Shown: positions 41,960 to 52,869 of the stretch, piece after piece
Layout: each line of letters opens with the position of its first letter
How positions within the stretch are numbered: position 1 is the first letter of the stretch
DNA from: Macrostomum lignano
Lineage: Eukaryota
NCBI GenBank assembly: GCA_002269645.1
Contig: NIVC01001946.1
Span: 62,001 to 126,000, forward strand
Direction: 5' to 3'
Length of the DNA stretch: 64,000 bases
The notes under the pieces: generated by a model
What the model was told of the DNA's origin: nothing
The model's input: only the letters and a program-made list of their open reading frames with translations
Database searches by the model: none
Translations under genes and position numbers: made by a program

Positions 41960-43420
41960 CAAAAAAGCGCTATCTCAAACATAGAAAAGCTACCAAGTCA
42001 AACATAAAGAGTTACCATGTCAAACATAAAAAAGCCACCATGTCGAACATAAAAAGCCACTATGTCAAACATAAAAGAGCCACCATGTCAAACATAAAAA
42101 GCCACCATGTCAAATGTTAAAGAGCCATCATGTCAAACATTAAAGAGCCACCATGTCAAACATAACAGAGACACCATTTCAAATGTAAAAGGGCTCCCAT
42201 GGCAAACATAGAAGAGCCACCATGTTGAACATAAAAGAGCCACCATGTCAAACATATATGTGACTCCATGTCAAACATAAAAGAGCGACCATGTTGAACA
42301 TTAAAGAGCCACTATGTCAAACATTAAAGAGCCACCATGTCAAACATAAAAGAGCCACCATGTCAAACATATATGTGACTCCATGTCAAACATAAAAGAG
42401 CTACCATGTCAAACATATGTGACTCAATGTCAAACATATATGTGACCTCATGTCAAACATAAAAAAGCTACCATGTCAAACATTAAAGAGCCACTATGTC
42501 AAACATTAAAGAGCCACCATGTCAAACATATACGTGACTCCATGTCAAACATTAAAGAGCCACCATGTCAAACATTGAAGAGCCACTATGTCGAAAATTA
42601 AAGAGCCACCATGTCAAACACTAAATAGCTACCATGTCAAACATAAAAGAGCCAACATGTCAAACATATACGTGACTCCATGTTAAACATAAAAAAGCTA
42701 CCATGTCAAACATTAGAGAGCCACCATGTCAAACATAAAAGAGCCAACATGTCAAACATATACGTGACTCCATGTCAAACATAAAAGAGCCAACATGTCA
42801 AACATATACGTGACTCCATGTGAAACATAAAAGAGCTACCATGTCAAACATTAGAGAGCCACCATGTCGAACATAAAAGAGCCACCATGTAGAATAATTA
42901 ATAGCCACCATGAAGAACATTAAAGAGCCACCATGTCAAACATTTAAGAGCCACCATGTCAAACATTTAAGAGCCACCATGTCAAACATTAAAGAGCCAC
43001 CATGTCAAACATTTCAAAGCCACCATGTCAAACCTAAAAGAGCCACCATGTCGAATATAAAAGAGCCACCATGTCGAACATAAAAGAGCCACCATTTCAA
43101 ACATTAAAGAGCCACCATGTCAAACCTACATGACTCCATGTCGAACATTCAAGAGCCACCTTGTCAAACATATATGACTCCATGTTAAACATTGAAGCGA
43201 CACCATGTCAAACATTAAAAAGCCACCACATCAAACATAAAAGAGCCACCATGTCAACTATAAAAGAGCCACCATGTAAAACATATATGTGACTCCATGC
43301 CAAATATATACGTGACTCCATGTCAAACATATACGTGACTATGTCAAAAGTATACGTGACTCCATGTTAAACATTAAAGAGCCACTATGTCAAGCATAAA
43401 AGAGCAACCATGTCAAACAT
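41960..43420. repeat. Degenerate ~23-bp minisatellite (AAACATAAAAGAGCCACCATGTC)
   Basis: Recurring CCATGTCAAACAT core over ~1.4 kb. Confidence 0.95.
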
Positions 43421-43424
43421 GATT

Positions 43425-43770
43425 CTTGCTATCTGGGGTATGCTTGCATGCTATCTGGGGATGCTTGATATTAGGGAGGCAAGAAGCTTGCTCTTAGAGG
43501 GAGGGGTACTTGCTATTTTTTGGGGAGGGTACTTGCTATTTTTGGAGAGGGTTGCTATCTGGGTGATGCTTGCTATCTGGAACATGCTCTTGAGATTGTA
43601 TTTGGGGGTGCTTGCTATTGTATTTTGGGTAGAAGGGCTTGCTATCTGGGGATGCTTGCTATCTGGGGGATGTTTTGCTATTTGGGGATGCTTGCTATCT
43701 GAGATATCCTTGCCTATCTGGGAGATGCTTGCATGCTGTCTGGAGATCTTGCTGTCTTGGGATGTTTTTT
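43425..43770. repeat. Degenerate ~18-bp repeat (TGCTTGCTATCTGGGG core)
   Basis: Recurring core, directly abutting the previous array. Confidence 0.85.
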
Positions 43771-44426
43771 GGAGAAATGTCTGTTATTTTTTTGTTGTCT
43801 ATTTGTTACTTGTAAAGAAAACAAATATTCTATCCAGATGTCCCCCATTGGGGGGCAAAGATTGCTAGTCCATATACTAAAAATGAAAATCTTGTCTTAT
43901 CTAAAAGACAATAGTCTAACTAGAATCATAGTCTTTGATCTAGTTTAACAAATCATCTTGTTAAACTAGAACTAAAACAACATGTTAAACTAACAAATCA
44001 ACTTGTTAAACTAAAATCATATTGTTAAACTTGCTTTACCTTTTGTACAACTGTACCTTAATGACAAGTGGCTAAGTCTTGCAAACCACAGAGTGCCAGT
44101 ACCAGTCAGCCTTTACTAGTCTATGCATTGACAGATATTGGCACCATTCTATGCTCAGCTGCCAAGTCCAAGGATCATGGCAAATCATGGCTTTCACAAT
44201 AGCAATTGTCTTAGCAATGTAGGCCTAAGCAGATTGTGGGCAACCACTTCCTAGCTTATAATAGATGTGGCCTTGGCATTGGATTGTTACTTATATGTAG
44301 TAAACTGTTGCTAATCTAATCTCAAATTGTAATTAGATTGTCTTAAAAATTAGAGGCATCATCACATAAAACAATTTGATAGCACTTTGCCACAAAGCTT
44401 GTTGCTTGCTTATAATCAAAGTAAAT

Positions 44427-47400
44427 CAGGGGCGCGTCGAGAGGTTTCAGGATGGGGGGGCCCAGTTGGGGCCCAGTAAAAACTGAAAGGGCAACATCTC
44501 GAATAGAGTGTACATTTTTTAATTACAAGTATTGTAAGAGAAAATTTTCATCGAAAAGCAAAAATGACATCCAAAAATACCTCGCAATGAATGATTGCAA
44601 TTGTTTAGTTAATTTAAGAAAAACGAACATTCTAAATCACTAAATGGTTCTTGTTTTTTTTGCCCAAGAAAATGCTTTTGAATATTTTTTGCTTTGTCAA
44701 GTTGTTTAGTTTTGTAATTGGAAGACTTTAAACACAAATGCATGCATGTTACTTTTTCCAGCAGATTCTCGTCAAAAAACTCCGTTGGTTACTCCTTTGG
44801 AAGATTTCATGCATTTACTACACATTGAACCTTCATTATTATAAAAAATAAGAAATGCCGACGTTTAAAATTTTTATGCATTCTTCAATGACCTCATTAA
44901 TAATAGATATATACCCAGCAAGACAAAATTTTCCACACTTCTCTTGACAGAATTTCATCTCTCTGTTTGAGTGACAAACAAGGACAACTTGATAACAGTT
45001 ATCAAGTTGTCCTTGGTGACAAATTGGAGACTCTGGGCCACAGACATTTATTCTGATACATGTATGCGCATTGAGATACATCGAGATAGAGTCTGATAGA
45101 CCAGACCATAGAAATCTAAGCTAGATATCTATGGATAGACAGTTTTTGTAATTGTAATTTGTCTATGGTCGAACTGTTGGATTAATTCGCCACTCAACTG
45201 AGAGACAAAATTCTCCTAAGAAACGGATGGGGACACTTGTCTTGCTGAGTATGCATGCATGGTGCATAAAGTACATTTGATGATCGATGATAGGTTTAGT
45301 GAAAACACGTCAGCGTAGAATGAACTTGAATATGAATTTACAGTAACACTTTACCACCCACTTCATCACAATCACCATACCGGTACATAACATAACAACA
45401 GACCTTAACATGAATGCATGCATATATACATATTATTTAATATATATACATAATTTAAAACAAATCAGCCAATTCGATCAATGTGTATACACACGTACAT
45501 TCGTATACCTTTGAACGATACATGAAACAGGTAGCAATTAGTAGCAATGACAATGAAGTGAAAAATGACAAGTAATGTAACGTACATAAATGAAGTATGT
45601 ACAGAATAAAAACGTAAAAGCAACATACATATACTGTAATACTATACATGTACATACATTAGTCAAGTGGCCGTAGCAAATGTAAATTGTCTTAGCGAGC
45701 AAAATAAGTCATAAAATTATGTTAGACTTATTCGCCTATTAGAATGGGCAGACGCAAATTCATCAACAAAACAGTCAAGATCAATTATTGATGCTCGCTC
45801 GTTTTCAATCGACAAAAGAGCCAGATTTGAAAGTCAAGAAGATGACATTCGACTTCTCAAGTACGTCTTGATCAGGCGCATTTTCGAAAAACTGCGCTCC
45901 GCTGATGCTGTTGTTACTGGAATAGTCAAGCATATGATGAGAAGCTTGTACAACTCAGGGAAAACCTCTCTGAATGGGTGCAACATCTCAGCAAATGCTT
46001 TTAAATCAGTCAAGCTGCCATTGCCCTTTCTCTCAATCAGACGCTTTACTTGAATTACCTCAAGTTTCAGGAACTCTTGGTCACATTTGAATAGGCCTCC
46101 TAAATCCTCCAGCTGTGAAGCGTCCAAAAAACAGTCCGAGTTTGGCTTTAAAGAACCAATTCCCTTAAAGAGAACAGCTGTTTCATGGTCAAATCTTTGT
46201 CGCATTTCCGACAATAGGCAGTCGATCACCGATAGATATACATTAATTCGAAATCCGTTTGCTCCAGATTCAGAGTTGCGCTGAGCGACATGATCCCTTT
46301 CAAAAGTTACAAACTGATCGAAGCGCTTATTTGGGCGTTTTGTTTGTCTGTTTGGTTCTGGCTCAGGTATATTCCACTCATTACCTAACTGCTGGGAGTC
46401 CAGAAATACTTTCTCTAAGAATTCGTTGCTGTCGCGCAAAGTTTGGAATTTGGTGATTGTTGACTGTGCCAAATCAACAGCAGAAGCAAGGTCTAAATCT
46501 TTTTGTTGAAGGAAATCCGATAGTGCCTTTGTGCGAGTCAGAATTTCGCACATAAGAACTAGCCTTAGTACGAAGCTTCGGGTCAACTGAGCTAAAATTC
46601 CAGTGGCTTCAACAACACGATCTCCGGAGTCCTGCTCCTTAATTTCTTTTAAAACGGAGAGAATCGCGCCAATACGATTAAGAATATTGTTGCACGCCTT
46701 CTCTCTGCAGGCCCATCTCGTGTCTGAGAGGCGCTGAAGCTCTAAGGCTGGCTTTCCAAGATAGAGTTTCTTCTGGTGGTCAATAAACTGAGGATGAACA
46801 ACTAAGTTTGACATAAAACAGTAGAGCTTCTGCACAAGAGAAAAGAAGTCCTCAATCTAGGGCACTGATTTGCAAGCATCAACAAGACATAGATTCAGGC
46901 AGTGTGCATAGCAGTGTATGTAAATTGCAAGTTCCGACTTGTCTCAAATCAGCTTTTGGAGCCCATTATGAACTCCGCTCATCACTGAGGCTCCATCATA
47001 GCCTTGGCCAACTAGAAATCGGTGTCTAGGCCATATTTCTGAAGGCTTTCTACTAGTGAGTTAGCAAGTGATTGGGCAGATAGTCCTGAAGCAGGTTTAA
47101 ATTCCATAAAGACTTCCTGCACTCCTTCTGAATGCTTGTAGAAACAAATGATTAAGGAGATCATTTCAACCTTAGATATATCCTTGGCCTCATCTACAAT
47201 CACAGAAAAATATTTGGCTTCTTGGATGTCGTTTACAACAACATCACGGACCATGTCTGCCAGAATGTTAATAACTTCATTTTGAATTGTGTCACTCGTG
47301 TACTTTGCATTCTTCTTCTGTTCAGATATCTTCTTCTTTATTATTTCGTCATGTCTGCCAATCAGCTTCAATAATACTTTGAAGTTTCCAGGATTTACTT

Positions 47401-49008
47401 GCTCATCATTTTCGCGATGCCCCCTTTGGGCGATGTTTTGAGTTGCTGTAAGAAGTAATACTTCTCCTACACACTTAATGAAGTGCCTGTTCTCAGCTAC
47501 CTTAGCTTTGTACGTAGCATCAAGCTGTTTCAATACAGTTCCTTCAGTGTCTTTCATTACTTTGTAGTCACACCATGCTTGCATTGCTAAACTGTGGCAA
47601 TGAGAGCGGGCATGCTTTTTAAAGCCTGCATCCTGACACTGAGCATTTTTCCAGTTGCGGAATCCCTGAGTAGTAAAAGATGGCTCTTCTTGCATAGATG
47701 GAGGCGCGAAGTGGCGGCAGGGAAAGCAAAAAGCAGAATCCTTCATTTGCAAATACTCAAGCCACTTGTAAGTCTCAAACCACGAGAATTGAAATGAACG
47801 GGACTTTTGCTTTGCCTTATCCGTTCCTGTGGAGGATTTTTACAAATTTTTACATTGATTTTTACAAACTTTTAAAAAATACGTCTATATCAGTATAGCT
47901 AGCCTTAGCCACTAGCACTAGCCACTAGTAACCATTAGCACAAACAGTATTATATAAATAACTGTCGACTTACTGCCTGAAGTTCCAACTGATTTTGGGT
48001 AGTTCCGCAAAAATGGCTGACAGGGTGGATCGTCCTTATTCTGGGAAATATCACATAGGGCCTTCGAAGAAGGTTGCTCAATTGTTCTACTGTCTGAGGC
48101 TAACTCTGTGGCAGTGGCAGCGGTAGCTGTCTCAACTAGAACAGGAGTGCCAGGAAAATTTGTTTCAGAGCCAGTCAGTTGAGCATCCTGTTCAGACTCC
48201 TGATCCGCAATCGTAGAGATGGCACTTGGTTGATCCTTATGCCTTTTCGCCTGGCTATCAGTTTTTTCGCCTGGACCTTCATCATCTTCTCGCGGGTCTG
48301 AGCTAGGTCTTTTTAAAAAACTTCGAATATCAGGCCTCTGCATTGTTGGCCAGGCTTCTTTAATTCAATTCTTAAAAATACATTTCCGTTTTTTTGAACC
48401 TTAAGACTTAAGAGAGCAGTAGCTAAAGTGTGACTTAAATCTTAAGGGGCAGAGGGGCAATGCTCTGTAGTCTTTTACACACTGCCTGAATGTATGATGG
48501 TTTAACTCTTTGTCCCTGTCCAAATGTACATTTATCAGCACGCTTCTCCCTTCCCTTTCTGTCTGTCCTATCCCTCCTTTCCCTGTCCCAGTGCAAGTGT
48601 TAGGCTATACGCGTGGGGGAGGGGGTTGGGGGGTTGGAAGGATACAGCCATATAGACTGAACAGTTAGATAAAAACAATAAAGTCTGAGAGGCAATGCAC
48701 TTTATAATTAAAGTTAGACAAAACCAAAAACACCGACAGATACTATAAAAACAAACGAAACGAAATTTGCCATACTATCAGATCAGAAAGTAAAGAATAA
48801 TGTACCCATGTAAAGTTATGCTCGTGTAAAAACTTCTAGTATAGTAGTATTGTTTCTAAAATTAAAATTATAAAAAGGTTTTTCAATTTTTTTTGAAAAA
48901 ATTCGACGTTCAGAAGTCAGAACTGAAAGTGGGGGGGCCACAGGGGGGGCCTATGGCCTAACAAAGGGGGCCCAGGCCCTCCCTGGCCCCCCCTTGGACG
49001 CGCCACTG
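44427..49008 (-). mobile_element. Full-length hAT DNA transposon, 4582 bp
   Basis: 8-bp TSD AAGTAAAT at 44419-44426 and 49009-49016; TIRs CAGGGGCGCGTC / CAGTGGCGCGTC; G/C-run subterminal regions; internal transposase. Confidence 0.95.
45717..48343 (-). pseudogene. Disrupted hAT transposase (ZMYM1-like: TTF zinc finger, DUF4371 region, hAT dimerisation domain)
   Basis: Exon 1 48343..47974, phase-1 intron, exon 2 from 47826. Motifs: FSWF..YKWLEY..AFCFPCRHF, FSVIVDEAKDIS, GQGYDGASVMSG, YIHCYAHCLNL, RLSDTRW, PVTTASAERSFSKMRLIKTYLRSRM. Lesions: a frameshift near 47015 and premature stops near 46940, 46857 and 45834. Confidence 0.92.
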
Positions 49009-49863
49009 AAGTAAATGAGAAAATTTTGATACTATATTAGTATATGAAAGCTAAACAATTGTAGATTGTTTTTTTTCATGATAGACACAAAAATTGATTG
49101 AAATTAAAAAAGCAAAAAAACAAAATTTTCATGTTTGATATACATTGGTACTCTAAAATACTAAATTGTTTTGGTTTTTTTATAATTTAAAAATAATTTC
49201 CCAAGTTTTTGTAAAAACCCAAGATTATTCAAGACAAGAAAAAAAGATGTTATAAATGTTAATGTGTTATGGTTCTATCCTATAAAATGATCTCATTGCT
49301 ATCACTAGGCCCTAAGTTGATATAGAGGACAGGGGTTACTTCTGCCTTCTAGAGTAATCCTATTGTTATTAATGCTAAAGTTGTTATTTATCTTAATATT
49401 TATGTACTTCTTTCATGTATTTATCCTTTGGTAGCATATATATTTATCTATTGGTAGCATGTGTTTATCTACTAGTAGCATATATAAATATTTATTGGCC
49501 TGAATAATCCTATGGTACTGTCTACTCTATTCTTATATATATCCCCTTATTCTATTCCTCTAAAGAGTTTTCTTTCAGTCTTGGGCATTCCTGGGATTAG
49601 AGGATCATGGCTTACACTTTGCTAAGTTTACTGCCCTAGGGCAAAGTTTTTAGACTATATATCTAGATTAGTCTACCCTTTTGGTAGATGTTCTGCCTTC
49701 TAAGGCAAGTTGCTAGATTCTAAAGAATGGATCAAATCCCTTTTTGGTGCTCTTTTTAGGTTGCTATCTACTATTCAAAAGAAGTAACATAAGAGTGAAT
49801 ACTAGCCCTGAGGCTAATTGAATTTTGTCTCTAAAAAGAACAAACAACTGGAGAAATTATTAG

Positions 49864-51387
49864 TGATGTGGCCGCAGCCTTCTGCTGCAAGCATAGGGCC
49901 GCAGTCACATCTTAGGCACTGCTGTCCGCTGCTAGTATCTGGAATAGGAATTTTCTGCTGCCTCCATGCACTCTAAGCAGCCTTCCTTGGCGCTCAGAAG
50001 TTGCACAATATGGCGCAATCTAGGAAGGAAATTAGGAAGTTTTGCCTAGCCTAGGGTTAGTTAGTGGAAGCCGCCAAATTTGGCGCTTGCCTGTACTGTT
50101 GTTGCCTGGCCTGCCGCGTACGATCGCTCAGTGTACGCAAGTCTAGTTAGCCGCACTCCTCCCCCGTGCGCTCTCTGGACCCTTCCCCTTTTCTGCTCTC
50201 TCGTTCCTCCTGCGTCCGAGCCTCTCCCCATGCGTCATTCTATTTTTAGACTGAGGGTTTCGCGGACCCCGTGTCCCGAGCTGAACCCTCCCTCACGTGC
50301 AGCCTTGTGCGCACAAGCCCAAATTTGGCATGCTATTGTCACTAGTGGCTTGAGGCGACTGTCGGCGCTTCGTTCAAGCTACTTTCTCCCCCATGTTTAA
50401 TCAATATCTGTTGTGCATCATTATCCGCACTTTTCGGGCTGCAGTTCCATGGTCAAGCCACGGAATGCCCAAACGCTCCACCCTCCGCGTTCTATATTAA
50501 CGAATGCAGGCCCGCTTGTCTGAATTTTTCCTCAGAACCGTTTTGACCGCTGGTCAATCTCGTAGAGAACTATCTCCGAGAAAGCGCTCTAGCGCCGGTT
50601 AACAGCGAAGCAAAGCTCCTGAGCAGGTCTTGGTAGAGCTTTAAGCATCGCTAAGCAGCTGCAAGCTCCTGAGCAGGTCTTGGTAGAGCATTGCAGCGCT
50701 CAAGCAGAAAGCACGCTCCTGAGCAGGTCTTGGTAGAGCATTGCTAGTGCTATAGCTCTGGTTTTCCAGCCTACCCTATTGGCAGGAAATCAGTTGGCTG
50801 AGGCCATTCTGCTAGTGTCAATTCGCGACACAGGCGCGAATAAGAGTGAGAGTGAGTGTGCAGTCGCAGCACTCGTGCGCGATCCTAAGAACTAGCTGTT
50901 AGTTTATAGGCCTAGAGTCTATTGCTGCTTCAGGCGCATAGACCTATTCCTCGCCGCCCATCTGCGCGAGACATAGCTATTAGGTTAGTAGGAGTTAGGG
51001 GTCCTCTGAGAGCTAAACTCAGACACGCTCAAGCGCGGACATTGTCAGTGCCAGGACTGCGCCGCTCAGGCCATTTGCTACCATTGAGTCCTGTCACTTG
51101 GACATTGAAATATCTGAGACTAGTTGTTCTAGCGTTATTTATTTGCGTGGAGCCCAAACAGACCCCTTCATTGCGGATCCTACGGTTCCCACGCTGGTGG
51201 CAGCACTACCCTTAATTTTAGATTTCCCCAGTCTCAACCCCCACAAGCGTGCTTGCTAAGGTTGCCTCGGCCAATAGCAGTCCGCCTCACCCTAGCAGCC
51301 AGATACCGAGACACAACACTGGTGGCAGCGGTGGGATACCAAGATTTACAGACCCGAGCCAAGGCAATCAGAAGCAAGGGCACTTTA
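49864..51387 (+). repeat. 5' terminal repeat (canonical LTR TG...CA 49864-51318 plus 69-bp extension)
   Basis: Begins TGATGTGG; the canonical end GACACAACA is its imperfect inverted match; duplication with the 3' copy continues to CACTTTA. Confidence 0.95.
51320..51337 (+). promoter_or_regulatory. Primer-binding site 1, 18-nt complement of the tRNA-Leu 3' end
   Basis: TGGTGGCAGCGGTGGGAT is the exact reverse complement of the 3' 18 nt of animal tRNA-Leu(AAG/UAG) (AUCCCACCGCUGCCACCA). It lies 1 nt after CA. Confidence 0.9.
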
Positions 51388-51388
51388 C

Positions 51389-51410
51389 TGGTGGAGCAGC
51401 GGTTGGGATT
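51389..51410 (+). promoter_or_regulatory. Primer-binding site 2 (degenerate)
   Basis: TGGTGGAGCAGCGGTTGGGATT equals PBS1 plus two small insertions; it lies 1 nt after the end of the duplicated region. Confidence 0.7.
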
Positions 51411-51618
51411 ACGATACCGACTCCAACTCCGGACCAAATAGTTAGGAAGTTTAGTAGTGAAGCAGCTGTTGGGAATACCATACCAATAAGCGCTCAAGAG
51501 GGAATAGCATCCTATCAGTTAGTAGATAGATTCCCTAGTATATCAGCTATTAGTATTAGATCGCGCGAAGCTCGCTGCAAATTAGAATCAGTTGAATTCT
51601 CGCCTTATAAAAGTGAGA

Positions 51619-52869
51619 ATGTCATTGAACCGATCCCGTTCGTTAGAGAGTGGTTCAGAGCAAATTCCGAATGAGAACAGGGGCGCAGCCGCCGCTGCAG
51701 CCGCATCTCCATGCGCTAGCCCTGATGATGGCATATTTGGAGCAGACTCAGACTTCATTAGAGGTCTTGGCGCAGGCGTAAATGCTAACCTGCTGCAAAA
51801 CCTGCTCGTAAATATGAACAGGCAGATGAATCTGCAGACTAAAAAGCAGATTAAAATCGCCAAGTACAAGCCATCAATGGACATTCGAATTTGGCTCGAA
51901 ATGTTTGAGATGAAGTGTGAGAGAGAAGAAGTCTATGACATGAGAGAGAGGAAAGCTTTAATCATGGATAGCCTAGATATGGAGACTGCCCTCGCCGCAG
52001 TTCTGCATATGAAGCTACCACATGATCTTCCTTATCACAGCTTTAGGGAGCAGCTCATTGAGCGCTTCGAGAAGCTTGGCGGCCCAAACGCCTATAGGGA
52101 AGAGTTTCGCTCTCGATTGCAGCGAAAGAATGAGTCAGTAGATGACTACGCTGAAACGCTTCAGGCACTCGGAGAACAAGCATACCCGAACCTGAGAGCT
52201 GACCAAATTGAGATAGAGCTCGTAGATGCTTTCACCCGCGGCGTACGCGTAAGCCCTGACACTCGCGAAAAGCTTCTACTGATGCAACCGGCTACGATTA
52301 TGGAGGCAAAGCGTGCGCTCAAGCGCATAGAAGCTGCGCGAGAGTTCGCCAATCGAACTCGTGACGCGCCCGTCAGGATGATGCAAGATGACTCGCGATC
52401 ATCAGAGCATTCCATCCCCAAAGGCCTCCAAGAGTTGATGACAAGGCAGACAGCCGCGCTGGAACGCCAGCAGCAGGCTACGCAGCAGTTGCTTGAGCTT
52501 GTAAGCTCGCAAAGCGCGTGTCCGCCAAGACTGCAGCAGCCGAGAGATGCGCATCACCAGCAGTCCCGCTGGTCGAGCAACGTCGAGATTCCGAGATACC
52601 GACAGCGTGCAACATGCTATAGCTGTGGCCAGGAAGGCCATCTTCTCGGACAATGTCAACGCTACAAGGAGCAGCAAGCGCTCGGAAAGCGCTATTCGTG
52701 TGAACGCTGCGGAGAGTCAGGACATGCTGTCCAAGACTGTCACGCGCGTGGTGTTGATCGACAGTACAAGAAGAAAGTTTCGGGAAACGGCGCCGCAGGC
52801 GGTTGCGACGGCAACAACCCCTGCGCCAACAGCCAAGAGCCCGCAGCCAAGAACACCCGGCGACAGTAA
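51619..52869 (+). CDS. gag: Gag with two CCHC zinc knuckles
   Basis: First ATG at 51619; capsid-like region (LQRKNESVDDYAETLQAL); CYSCGQEGHLLGQC and CERCGESGHAVQDC. Confidence 0.93.
   Translation: MSLNRSRSLESGSEQIPNENRGAAAAAAASPCASPDDGIFGADSDFIRGLGAGVNANLLQNLLVNMNRQMNLQTKKQIKIAKYKPSMDIRIWLEMFEMKCEREEVYDMRERKALIMDSLDMETALAAVLHMKLPHDLPYHSFREQLIERFEKLGGPNAYREEFRSRLQRKNESVDDYAETLQALGEQAYPNLRADQIEIELVDAFTRGVRVSPDTREKLLLMQPATIMEAKRALKRIEAAREFANRTRDAPVRMMQDDSRSSEHSIPKGLQELMTRQTAALERQQQATQQLLELVSSQSACPPRLQQPRDAHHQQSRWSSNVEIPRYRQRATCYSCGQEGHLLGQCQRYKEQQALGKRYSCERCGESGHAVQDCHARGVDRQYKKKVSGNGAAGGCDGNNPCANSQEPAAKNTRRQ
52782..52824 (+). promoter_or_regulatory. -1 programmed ribosomal frameshift signal
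   Basis: G GGA AAC heptamer in gag frame (52782-52788), 6-nt spacer, then stem GCAGG-C-GGTTG pairing with CAACC-CCTGC. Pol is in the -1 frame and open from the heptamer. Confidence 0.85.

Noticed and set aside
50080-51215. ORFs of 106 and 97 aa in the LTR (duplicated at 58510 and 59352)
   Set aside because: Non-ATG starts and no recognisable motifs; used only as evidence of LTR identity.
49862-51389. Alternative AGT...ACT (errantivirus-style) LTR boundaries
   Set aside because: The 3' copy ends TTTATT rather than TTTACT, and no TSD results. TG...TA with TTAG fits better, though a 5-bp ATTAG reading cannot be fully excluded.
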